From a virus (taxonomy: Duplodnaviria > Caudoviricetes), in the IMG/VR virus record IMGVR_UViG_3300032087_004307, positions 1,738 to 65,737 of that record: DNA of 64,000 nucleotides; one strand, given 5' to 3'. This document shows, one piece after another, positions 40,111 through 49,147 of this stretch (positions within the stretch are counted from its first letter, which is position 1; every line of letters begins with the position of its first letter). A model generated the notes under the pieces. The model saw only the letters and a program-made list of their open reading frames with translations, was not told the DNA's origin and made no database searches. Position numbers and translations under genes: made by a program.

Positions 40111-41876
40111 TGTTAAAGATTAAAAACGTATCAGCAAAAAACTTTATGAGTGTTGGCAACAACACACAGGCAGTTAATTTTGATAACTGTCAACTTACAC
40201 TTGTATTAGGACATAACTTAGACATGGGCGGAGACGGTAGCAGAAATGGTACTGGTAAAACTACTATAATAAATGCATTAAGTTATGCTCTTTATGGCGA
40301 TGCCTTAACAAACATTCGTAAAGATAATCTAATAAACAAAACAAACGGTAAAGGTATGATTACCACAGTTGAGTTTGAAATACAAGGCAAACAGTACCGA
40401 ATAGAACGTGGAAGAAGACCTAATATTTTAAAACTTTACATAGACGGAGAAGATGCTGTTGACGGTGAGCAACAGGGCGATAGCAGAGAAACACAGAAAG
40501 AAATAGAAAAAATTATTGGCTTTCCACATAATATGTTTAAGCATTTAATTGCATTAAACACCTATACTGAACCGTTCTTGAGTATGAAGAACAATGATCA
40601 AAAGGATATGATTGAGCAGTTATTGGGTATTACAGAACTGTCACAAAAAGCAGAAATACTTAAAGAGCGACAAAAAGTTACTAGAGATAGTATAAAAGAA
40701 GAAGAAATTACTATCAATGCTATTAATAAAAGCAATGAACGAATAGAAAAAAACATACAGGAAATAGAAAGTCGTAGCAGAGCATGGCAAAGTAATAAAG
40801 ATGTAAAAATTACAGAACTAGGAACACAAATTATTGACATGGAAAAACTTGATATTGATCAAGAATTAAACAATCATAAAACCATAGTTGAAGTAAAAGA
40901 AAAACTAGCAAACAAACAGATATTAGATACTGAATTAAAAAGATTGGAAACTAGTGTAAACAGGAGTTCAGAAAAACTACTACGTCTAGAAAAAGATTTA
41001 GAAAGTGCAAAAGCAGGTGTTTGCCCAGCATGTGAACAACCTACTGCTCATTTAGACACACATGAACAATATACAAAAGAAGTAGAAGAAGATATTGCTA
41101 CTGAGCATTTATACTTTGCAGAATTAGAGGAACGTAATAAAGAAATACAAACAGGCCTAGAGAAGTTTGATGATATACCAGAAATGCCCGTAACATCATA
41201 CAGCACATTAGAACAAGCATTGCAACATAAACACAATTTAGATACTATGCGTTCTCAACTAGAAGAAAAAGTAGACGAGGAAAATCCTTATATAGAACAA
41301 ATAGAAAGTCTTAAAACATCTGGGTTACAGGAAATTAGTTTTGAGGTTATGAACGAGCTGACTCATTTACAAGAACACCAAGACTTTTTATACAAGTTGC
41401 TAACGAGTAAAGATAGTTTTATTCGTAAGAAAATTATAGACCAAAACATTGCATACCTTAATCACAGGCTATCTTACTACTTGGAAAAACTTGGATTACC
41501 ACATGAAGTAAAATTTGCAAGTGACTTAGGTGTAGAAATTACAGAATATGGCAGAGACTTAGACTTTGATAATTTAAGTCGAGGTGAACGTAACAGACTT
41601 ATACTTGGTTTAAGTTGGGCATTCAGAGACATATATGAAAGTTTAAACAGACCTATGAACCTAATGTGTATTGACGAACTTGTTGATAGTGGCATGGACA
41701 GTATGGGTGTAGAGAATGCACTAGCAGTACTGAAAAAAATGCATCGTGAACAAGGCAAAAATATCATGTTAATATCTCACAAAGAAGAACTGATAGGTCG
41801 TGTAAACAATGTATTAACTGTGGTAAAAGAGGGCGGCTTTACAAGTTATAATACCGATACTGAGTATGTTGGTTGA
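40110..41876 (+). CDS. gp46: Recombination ATPase (Rad50/SbcC-like)
   Basis: Walker A NGTGKTT, coiled coil with CPAC zinc hook, LSRGE signature, Walker B CIDE, ISH. Confidence 0.93.
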   Translation: MLKIKNVSAKNFMSVGNNTQAVNFDNCQLTLVLGHNLDMGGDGSRNGTGKTTIINALSYALYGDALTNIRKDNLINKTNGKGMITTVEFEIQGKQYRIERGRRPNILKLYIDGEDAVDGEQQGDSRETQKEIEKIIGFPHNMFKHLIALNTYTEPFLSMKNNDQKDMIEQLLGITELSQKAEILKERQKVTRDSIKEEEITINAINKSNERIEKNIQEIESRSRAWQSNKDVKITELGTQIIDMEKLDIDQELNNHKTIVEVKEKLANKQILDTELKRLETSVNRSSEKLLRLEKDLESAKAGVCPACEQPTAHLDTHEQYTKEVEEDIATEHLYFAELEERNKEIQTGLEKFDDIPEMPVTSYSTLEQALQHKHNLDTMRSQLEEKVDEENPYIEQIESLKTSGLQEISFEVMNELTHLQEHQDFLYKLLTSKDSFIRKKIIDQNIAYLNHRLSYYLEKLGLPHEVKFASDLGVEITEYGRDLDFDNLSRGERNRLILGLSWAFRDIYESLNRPMNLMCIDELVDSGMDSMGVENALAVLKKMHREQGKNIMLISHKEELIGRVNNVLTVVKEGGFTSYNTDTEYVG

Positions 41877-42648
41877 TATCCATTTAGGGTACAACAAAGA
41901 TTATACCCTTACTTACGAACTTTTTGATAATCGTGTTGCTAAACGTATATGGGAACGTTTCCAGGAAACTGAATTTGACTATGTAAGCAGAACACAGTTT
42001 TATAACTTTGGTGAAACTGAAGAAGATGTAAAAGCTCGTTTAGATGAATCCATACAAAAAATTAAAGAACTAGACCCAAACATGCCTTTAGATTGGTTAA
42101 ACGATCTAAATAAACTTCATACTGCCTTCCCTGACAATGTAAAGCAGAGTACTGGTGAACTAAATCACTGGTGGAGTATGTTCAATTATCATTTACACCA
42201 TTTAGAGGATATCACAAGATACCAAAACAAACGATTTTTATTTTGCTCACAAGATCAAGGAGAGCCTTTGCAGGAAGAAGACTATGATCTTTTTTCTCCC
42301 ACAAGGCTTACAAATCATCTGTATATGAATTACCCACATGTGGGTAAACACATTATGGAGTTAGCAATAGATAATGATGTGGATATACCTGCACATCATA
42401 TTGTGCCTACATCAATACTAAAAAATGATTGTGTTGCCTGGTTTGGTAGAAGTGTGTTTGCGGATAATCCAGATAAAGTTGTAAAACAGATCAGAAGATG
42501 GTGTGTCAAAGTTAATAACAAACTGCCTTACCCAATAGACGACAAAAGACTTGCTATAGGACATATTCCATTAGGCAAATTAACACACGAACCAGATTTA
42601 GACATTATAGCAAACAACCAATATTTTCATAGTGTAACATGTTATTAA
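41866..42648 (+). CDS. Hypothetical protein (260 aa)
   Basis: Overlaps the gp46 stop; His-containing motifs LNKLH, NYHLHHLE; no family recognised. Confidence 0.6.
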   Translation: MLVDIHLGYNKDYTLTYELFDNRVAKRIWERFQETEFDYVSRTQFYNFGETEEDVKARLDESIQKIKELDPNMPLDWLNDLNKLHTAFPDNVKQSTGELNHWWSMFNYHLHHLEDITRYQNKRFLFCSQDQGEPLQEEDYDLFSPTRLTNHLYMNYPHVGKHIMELAIDNDVDIPAHHIVPTSILKNDCVAWFGRSVFADNPDKVVKQIRRWCVKVNNKLPYPIDDKRLAIGHIPLGKLTHEPDLDIIANNQYFHSVTCY

Positions 42649-42664
42649 GTCCTTCGGACTTTTT
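42648..42664 (+). terminator. Putative intrinsic terminator
   Basis: AGTCC-TTC-GGACT followed by a T run directly after the stop codon. Confidence 0.5.
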
Positions 42665-43112
42665 AAGTCTTCGTTAATTCGTTTCGTTTCACTCAACTCA
42701 TTTACTCGACTTAAATTCTCTTCGTTATCACGAAGGTAGGAGTCATAATTCTCCTATACAGGAGAATATGTCATCACGATGGGTCATCGTCATCGTAAAC
42801 TCGGGTGCTATTAGGAACCGGTGAGCCTTCTGTCCCCATACACTACCGTCTCATCTCACGGAAACACTATAACCTAGTTACGTTTAGTTATACTGCTTGT
42901 AGGTTGCTTATTCTCATTCCTACTTCCTTTTAATACTGATTGTCGTGTGTTTGTATCTTGTCCGCTATACATCTCTAAATCCCGCACCAGGATTACTGGA
43001 TTGTCGAAGAGCCCGAATTATAGCCTCGGTTGGGGCCGGTGTATAGTCCTATGTGTGCCTGTGTTGTGCCTTGATGTGAATTGTGTTCTAACTTGCGTTT
43101 TAACACTCCTAC
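42648..43112 (-). ncRNA. Candidate large structured non-coding RNA (unassigned family) downstream of the GIY-YIG gene
   Basis: Longest intergenic region; ~44% GC by hand count over 42721-43080; long-range GUAGGAGU/ACUCCUAC helix and at least 8 internal hairpins. Confidence 0.6.
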
Positions 43113-43535
43113 TTATAAGGTCTTTAAGGCCTCTTTGAGGATTTTCGAACCACCTACTCTGACGTTGATGATTCCGTTATAATAGTCGTCAGTTTCAAGT
43201 ACTCGCCTCTCGAATTGCTCTCGGGCTTCTATGTAACTTGCTACTCCTCGGCTAGGGCAATAGTACAATATTTCTCTACGAAATTTGTCTTCTCCTAGTT
43301 CTAATACATCTGCATTAAGATGATCACTACTACCCCAATAAGTACGCCAGTCACTTTCTTTAGTGCCACGTCTTTTATTCTTCTTGCCTTTTAGTGGGGG
43401 TTTTGTGGTCTTAAATTTTGCTAACTTTTTACCAACATATTTTTTGTTGTTAGTTAGGTTTGTAATTAAGTAAACAAATGCTTCGCAGTCATCTGGCAGT
43501 TCTGTGACTTCTTTGTTATTATAGTGCCAGCTCAT
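43113..43535 (-). CDS. Stand-alone GIY-YIG-family endonuclease (140 aa)
   Basis: AFVYLITNLTNNKKYVGKK, YWGSS, conserved Glu (YIEAREQ) and YYN. Confidence 0.85.
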   Translation of the reverse strand: MSWHYNNKEVTELPDDCEAFVYLITNLTNNKKYVGKKLAKFKTTKPPLKGKKNKRRGTKESDWRTYWGSSDHLNADVLELGEDKFRREILYYCPSRGVASYIEAREQFERRVLETDDYYNGIINVRVGGSKILKEALKTL

Positions 43536-43768
43536 TATAAGTCTTCAGTACCTTGCTGACCATTTTTCTTTTGAACATAATTATTTAAAACTTTGATAAA
43601 TTTATTTCTTTCCATAGGACTCATTGCCCAAACTTCATTGTATGATATTTTACCTTCAGAATAGATTACCATTTCCATTACGTTAGTAATAAGTGCCTCT
43701 GACTCTTTTTTGAGCTTCTCTAGATACCCGAGAATTTCTTCGGGTTCGGCTCTTCCTAGGAAGCCGTG
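43535..43768 (-). CDS. gp51-like extension of the gp26-like gene, reached by a probable -1 frameshift (or a 47-aa ORF from ATG 43678)
   Basis: 78 codons including the stop in the -1 frame from slippery T TTT TTC; GKISYNEVWAMSPMER resembles gp51/GT chaperone tails; stop overlaps next ATG (TAATG). Confidence 0.7.
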   Translation of the reverse strand, partial: HGFLGRAEPEEILGYLEKLKKESEALITNVMEMVIYSEGKISYNEVWAMSPMERNKFIKVLNNYVQKKNGQQGTEDL

Positions 43769-44622
43769 AAAAAATTTACAGGGTCAAAATTAATACCTGC
43801 TTCAAACTCTTTAGGTCCCTTTTCAACCTCACATTCTTCACAAGTAAACATCATAGTTTTTTGTATACCAATTTTATTGACTTCTGTTACTGCTGTTTCT
43901 ACTGCTTTACCAATACTGGCTTCAGTATTATCTAAAAATTCTTTAATATGATCTCTATCTGTAATAGTTTGTTCATCTTTCCCCTTACCAATAGTAACAC
44001 TATGCACAGCATCAACAATTAATTGATAGTTCATATCTGCCATTTTCATGAAACTTTCATTAAAAACTTTCAGTTTGTCCATATCGTCTGGTAGTTCACC
44101 TAAAACTTGTAAACTTCTAGAACTCTGGAAACTGGTGATTCCGGCTTCTATAGTGTTTTTGTATTTAAACGGCTTAATAGAAATTTTTAAATTTTCTGCG
44201 GCGTCTACCTGATAAATTTCTTCTAACTCAACCATACTTTCTATAGCACCTTCAACACTTGCTATGCCTGTGATTGAGTTTTCACAAGAAGGGCAAGGTG
44301 CTGTGACTTCAATATCGTCACCATGTGTTGCTCCTTGTACAGCAATTAGTAAAACATCTACGTCATTGGAAATCATCTCTCTGACATTTTTTACATTTGG
44401 CACACAACTCTTTATAAGTTGGCTAACGGCTTCACCATTGAGTAAAGCATCTGGATTCTTCATTATGAGCTCGTCTTTAGCAGTCATGGGAAAGACTGGC
44501 AGTTCACCACTTTCAGGATATTCCACAATATCTTTTGTGTAAAATTTACCTCCTGAAGGTAACCTCACATATAGTTTGGGCGATCTAAAATATTCGCTTA
44601 ACGGATTTGGTGTATTTGACAT
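43756..44622 (-). CDS. gp26: Baseplate hub assembly/tail chaperone, gp26-like
   Basis: LPSGG, PMTAKDEL, DVDVLLIAV, CPSC and CEEC zinc motifs, NFF terminus. Confidence 0.82.
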   Translation of the reverse strand: MSNTPNPLSEYFRSPKLYVRLPSGGKFYTKDIVEYPESGELPVFPMTAKDELIMKNPDALLNGEAVSQLIKSCVPNVKNVREMISNDVDVLLIAVQGATHGDDIEVTAPCPSCENSITGIASVEGAIESMVELEEIYQVDAAENLKISIKPFKYKNTIEAGITSFQSSRSLQVLGELPDDMDKLKVFNESFMKMADMNYQLIVDAVHSVTIGKGKDEQTITDRDHIKEFLDNTEASIGKAVETAVTEVNKIGIQKTMMFTCEECEVEKGPKEFEAGINFDPVNFFTAS

Positions 44623-44648
44623 TTATTAAAACTCCTGTTAATTATTCT

Positions 44649-44688
44649 GATAAATATATAAGTGATACTTATCCACAAGGTATTTATC
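44649..44688. promoter_or_regulatory. Face-to-face late promoters (GATAAATA on + at 44649-44656 and on - at 44681-44688)
   Basis: 9-bp inverted repeat TGATAAATA/TATTTATCA between the divergent gp26 and tape-measure genes. Confidence 0.7.
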
Positions 44689-44719
44689 ACTATTAAAACT
44701 AGTGTTTATAGGAAAACCG

Positions 44720-47356
44720 ATGTCAACTATTACATATACAGATGATGGAGAACAAAAAAATGTACCCATGTGGGCTACAGAAAGCACTCTTCAGAAACTT
44801 GTAGAAGCATTAGGTGGCAAAACTGACGATAAAAGCACAAAAACTTTAAATGAAAATTTAAAGAACTTAAATGATAATCTTAACAAGAATAATAAGGACG
44901 GCAAAAAGAATGCTGAAACTTATGAAAAAGCAGTAAAAGACTTTGAGGAAAATACAGTAAATTTAGGATTATCCTTTAGAGCAGGAATGGAAAAAACATT
45001 CGGTACTGTAGGTAAAGTTTTAGATAAGACATTGGGATTGGCCGCTTTAGTGGTGGGTACAGCTCTAACAACATTAGGTGCTAAGTTAGTTCAGACAGCA
45101 AATAATTTTGCTACACTTAGCCAAGTTGGTTTAACATTAAATGGATCAACAGCAGAAAACATTGCTAGATTTAATGAATTAGGTATGACCTCAGAGATGG
45201 CAACTCAGTTTATGAGGGATAATGCTCAAGCAGTACAGATTTTAGGTGCTAAATCGATGCCAGCTCTAATGCAGTCGTTCCAACAAGTTACAGTATTTGG
45301 TTCAGACCTTGGATTATCTTTAAAACAAACGAATAAGTTATTTGGTGATGAGATTACATTAAGAACAAACTTAATTAATTTAGGCAGATTAGATGCTAGC
45401 CAAAGAAATAGCATGATAAATCAGATTGCCAAAACCGCTAAAACACAACAGATATACTCACAAGCATTAGGTGTTAGTACAGATGCTATGAGAGATTTTG
45501 CGGCACAGGTTTTAGGTAATAACGAAATGCTAATGGCCAGTTTCTTAAGAATGCCCAATCAAATCAGAGCTCAACTCACAACAGGCATAAGCGAATTTGT
45601 ATCTGTTATGAGAGCAACAGGCGGCGAAGCAGGTGGTGAAATAGCCGCGGCTATAATTGATGCGGCCAGCATGGGAGCAATAGGGTTTAGTGATGCCGCT
45701 TTTGGATTCATCACAGTATTGCCACAATTATCAGACAACATGCAACGTGTAATTAATGACTTTAATAGTGGAATGATAAACGGTGAGCAAGCCGCAATGG
45801 CTATTACTAACGAATTAGGTAATCTTTCAGATGCAGAAAAAAACAGGGTGTTCTTACTAGCCAGGGCCGGAGATGAACAAGCAAAAGCAATGGCGAATGC
45901 TATTACTCAATTTGAACAATCTGCAGACAGAATGAAAAAACAAGGAAATACTCTGGAAGGTGTTCAGCAAGGATTCCAGGTCTTTCAGGCAGTTATAGAC
46001 AAAGTAAAAGGACAGTTTAGTGCCGCTTTTAATTCCTTTATAGAAGGATTTGGATCAGTTTTTACTAATTCAAATGATTTTGCTAATTTGTTGAAAGGCG
46101 TTACACAGGCTTTTCAACCAGTTGTTAAGGAATTGTTTGGCCTTGAGGCAGGTGCAGGAAAAACAAGTGAAAAATTAAAAGATCTTGGAGCCGATCTTGC
46201 TGAAAAATTGTTACCTAGAATACAAAGTTTTGCAAACTGGGTTGCTGACACAATAGTTTTCCTAAAGGGATATTTTAGTCAGTTTAAAAACATGAGCATT
46301 GGTGAAATTTTGATGAGTATGCTCAAAGATGCCGGGTCAAAAATACTGGAAGGTATAAAATATGCTCTAGATCAGGTTCCCTGGTCTAAAGTTGCTTTCT
46401 ATATTGCGGCAGGTATTACAACTGCCTTTGCCGCCATTAAATTAGGTAGTATGCTTGGCTCAGCACTAGGTGGATTGTTTGGCCTGGGCAAAGGCGGAGC
46501 AGGAGCGGCCGCAGGAATGACAGCAATGGCAGGCGGATTAGCCGCATTTTCAAATCCGGCTGTAGCATTAGGTTTAGGTGCAATAACACTAGCAGTTATA
46601 GGATTAGCAGGTGCCTTTTCATTAGCCAGTTTAGGCTTTGAAGCATTTGGTAAAATGATGAAAAGCATACTAGATGGCGTGGGACCAGTAGTGGAGTCAT
46701 TTGGTATAGCCATTAAAAGTGTATTTGAAGGCATAGGAAGTGTAATAGAGAGTGTGGGCGATTCCATATCAGGGATAGTAAACTCTATTGGGAACGTTAT
46801 TGCAAAATATGGCGAAATGAAAGTAGGCAAAATTAATGCTGAAGCAGATGCAATGGTAAAAACCACACAAGCCACAACAGCCGCAATAACGGATTTATCA
46901 AGTCTAGACCCGCAAAATATTATGGGACTAGCAACTGGTATTGATGCAATGGGACTAGCATTGGAAAGTTTTGCAGAAACAATGACTCCTGGATTTTTAG
47001 ACACCATAGGACAAGGTTTTGCAAGTCTAATAGGCGCTGATTCTCCAGTACAAGCAATTATACAATTATCTAATGAAGCAGATCCTGTTAAAATTATGGA
47101 TGTTGCTAAAGCAACTATGGCCACAAATGCCGCAAATGCAGGTGCAACAGCATTAGATCCATCATTAAGTCAAAATAGCACAGATAACAGTAGCCAAACT
47201 AATACTGTTAATAATACAACAAATAACTCAAGCACTTCAGATACTAATATAGATCTTTTAGAAACATTAAATGTATTAGCAAATCAAAACGATTTACAGT
47301 TAGAAGCACTTAAAAAGTCTAATAGAATATTAGGTGAAATATCTAATAAGCAATAA
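44720..47356 (+). CDS. Tail tape measure protein (start probably 44720)
   Basis: Long Ala/Gly/Leu-rich helical protein with hydrophobic segments and amphipathic repeats; AGGA SD; next to the tail chaperone. Confidence 0.72.
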   Translation: MSTITYTDDGEQKNVPMWATESTLQKLVEALGGKTDDKSTKTLNENLKNLNDNLNKNNKDGKKNAETYEKAVKDFEENTVNLGLSFRAGMEKTFGTVGKVLDKTLGLAALVVGTALTTLGAKLVQTANNFATLSQVGLTLNGSTAENIARFNELGMTSEMATQFMRDNAQAVQILGAKSMPALMQSFQQVTVFGSDLGLSLKQTNKLFGDEITLRTNLINLGRLDASQRNSMINQIAKTAKTQQIYSQALGVSTDAMRDFAAQVLGNNEMLMASFLRMPNQIRAQLTTGISEFVSVMRATGGEAGGEIAAAIIDAASMGAIGFSDAAFGFITVLPQLSDNMQRVINDFNSGMINGEQAAMAITNELGNLSDAEKNRVFLLARAGDEQAKAMANAITQFEQSADRMKKQGNTLEGVQQGFQVFQAVIDKVKGQFSAAFNSFIEGFGSVFTNSNDFANLLKGVTQAFQPVVKELFGLEAGAGKTSEKLKDLGADLAEKLLPRIQSFANWVADTIVFLKGYFSQFKNMSIGEILMSMLKDAGSKILEGIKYALDQVPWSKVAFYIAAGITTAFAAIKLGSMLGSALGGLFGLGKGGAGAAAGMTAMAGGLAAFSNPAVALGLGAITLAVIGLAGAFSLASLGFEAFGKMMKSILDGVGPVVESFGIAIKSVFEGIGSVIESVGDSISGIVNSIGNVIAKYGEMKVGKINAEADAMVKTTQATTAAITDLSSLDPQNIMGLATGIDAMGLALESFAETMTPGFLDTIGQGFASLIGADSPVQAIIQLSNEADPVKIMDVAKATMATNAANAGATALDPSLSQNSTDNSSQTNTVNNTTNNSSTSDTNIDLLETLNVLANQNDLQLEALKKSNRILGEISNKQ

Positions 47357-47380
47357 CCTAGCCAGGTAAATAAATTTTAG

Positions 47381-47409
47381 TTGACAATAATCGATAAATA
47401 GTGTAATAT
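47381..47409 (+). promoter_or_regulatory. Late promoter GATAAATA (47393-47400) nested in a possible sigma70 promoter TTGACA-N17-TAATAT
   Basis: Immediately upstream of the portal gene. Confidence 0.6.
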
Positions 47410-47428
47410 AATACATTAAGGTGCATTT

Positions 47429-49147
47429 ATGAGTTGGAAGAAATATTTTTCAAGTGTTGATAACAGTGGATTACCACTAAACGTCACTGGAAATAATACA
47501 AGTACAGACGGTCCAGGAGCCGCATCTAGCAGATATGCTAGTTGGTTACCTGAGGTTTATGCTGGTGCTCCAAACAGATTAATGAGATATATGCAGTATG
47601 ACCAAATGGACAGTGATTTGGAAATAAATGCGGCCTTAGACACTATTGCAGAGTTTGGCACACAGGAAGACGAGCATACAAAACTGCCATTAAGAGTATA
47701 TTACAAAGGCAGACCTAGTGATACAGAAGATAAAATTCTTTCTAAGTCATTACAGCAATGGTGTAACCTTAACGAAATTCATAAAAGAGTATTTAGAATA
47801 TTCCGTAGTACAATAAAATACGGAGATCAGTTTTTTGTAAGAGACCCTCAAACATATAAACTGTATTGGACAGACCCTGCTAATGTAGAAAAAGTTGTTG
47901 TAAATGAAAGTGCTGGTAAAAAGATTGAAACATATTTTATTAAAAATTTAGCACCTAATTTTGGAGAACTATTAGCAACTAATCCAGCCGCACTACATAA
48001 GTCACCTTATGGTGCTGGTAGTGGCCAAATGCTCAACACTAATAATTCCAGTAACCAAGGCAGTTACTTAACAGGCAGTATAGATGGTGTTAACCAAGGT
48101 GTGCCTGTTGATGCAGAACATGTTGTACATATCAGTTTAACAGAGGGTATGGATCATGCTTGGCCATTTGGTATTAGTATTTTAGAACCAATATTCAAAG
48201 TTTTTAAGCAAAAGGAGTTGCTTGAAGACTCTATTATTATTTACAGGGTACACAGAGCACCTGAAAGACGGGTATTCACTATCGACGTAGGTAATATGCC
48301 CCCTCATAAGGCAAGGCAGTATTTGGAACAAATTAAATATGAAGTACAGCAAAAACGTGTACCTAACAAAAACAAGAATGGCGAAAACGTAATTGATGCC
48401 GCTTATAATCCAATGAGTATGTTGGAAGATTATTTCTTTGCCGCAACATCAGAAGGCAGAGGCAGTAAAGTTGATACATTACCAGGTGGTGAAAACTTGG
48501 GACAAATAGATGATCTAAGGTATTTTAATAATAAACTGTTACGTGGTTTAAGAATACCAGCAAGTTATTTGCCAACAGGACCAGAAGATGGAAGTGCAAC
48601 ATATAATGACGGCAAAGTAGGTATTGCTTATATTCAGGAATACAGATTTGCTAGATATGTAGAAAGACTGCAAAAACAAATACAAGAAGATTTAGACAGA
48701 GAGTTTAAACTGTTCCTCAAATTTAGAGGAATAGAGATTGATAGTGGTGACTTTGACGTTAAGTTCAATGTTCCAATGAACTTTAGTAGTTATAGAGATT
48801 TACAATTAGATACAGAAAGAGCTAATTTGTATAACACCGTTGCCGCAATACCGTTCTTGGCTAATCAGTTTAAAATGAAGAAGTTCCTTGGACTTACTGA
48901 TCAGGAAATTAAACAAAACGAGGAAATGTGGAGAGAAGAAAACAAATACGAAAAATTTGCAGATGACAAAACTCCAGCAGACCTTAGAAATATAGGTATC
49001 AGGCCAGAGCCAGACGCCGCAGTAAATCCAGATATGGAATTAAACCCTGATCAGATACCAATGGCAGATCCTTTAGAAGATCCGCTAAATACTGATGCAG
49101 GAGTTATTCCGCAAGTAGGAGCAGGAACACCACCAGAGACTATATAA
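47429..49147 (+). CDS. gp20: Portal protein
   Basis: LLEDSIIIYRVHRAPERRVFTIDVGNMP, MLEDYFF, LPGGENLGQIDD, LRIPASYL. Confidence 0.95.
   Translation: MSWKKYFSSVDNSGLPLNVTGNNTSTDGPGAASSRYASWLPEVYAGAPNRLMRYMQYDQMDSDLEINAALDTIAEFGTQEDEHTKLPLRVYYKGRPSDTEDKILSKSLQQWCNLNEIHKRVFRIFRSTIKYGDQFFVRDPQTYKLYWTDPANVEKVVVNESAGKKIETYFIKNLAPNFGELLATNPAALHKSPYGAGSGQMLNTNNSSNQGSYLTGSIDGVNQGVPVDAEHVVHISLTEGMDHAWPFGISILEPIFKVFKQKELLEDSIIIYRVHRAPERRVFTIDVGNMPPHKARQYLEQIKYEVQQKRVPNKNKNGENVIDAAYNPMSMLEDYFFAATSEGRGSKVDTLPGGENLGQIDDLRYFNNKLLRGLRIPASYLPTGPEDGSATYNDGKVGIAYIQEYRFARYVERLQKQIQEDLDREFKLFLKFRGIEIDSGDFDVKFNVPMNFSSYRDLQLDTERANLYNTVAAIPFLANQFKMKKFLGLTDQEIKQNEEMWREENKYEKFADDKTPADLRNIGIRPEPDAAVNPDMELNPDQIPMADPLEDPLNTDAGVIPQVGAGTPPETI

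Noticed and set aside
42648-43112. Group I or II intron, tmRNA, RNase P, retron or hammerhead identity for the structured element
   Set aside because: S-like UAUAGUCC (+ strand, ~43042-43049) has no GACUA P7 partner upstream; no interrupted host gene, no domain V consensus, no tRNA-like ends, no CUGAUGA core, and no reverse transcriptase in the window
42947-43138. 63-aa + strand ORF from the track
   Set aside because: TTG start, no SD, atypical Cys/Val/Leu-rich composition; it is the antisense of the structured element
43756-43758. Stop-codon reassignment or TAG readthrough
   Set aside because: All core genes are intact in code 11; reading through the gp26 TAG meets another TAG 11 codons later, while the -1 frame explains the region
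44669-44677. Perfect DnaA box TTATCCACA
   Set aside because: Single copy overlapping a late-promoter variant; no box cluster, so plausibly chance
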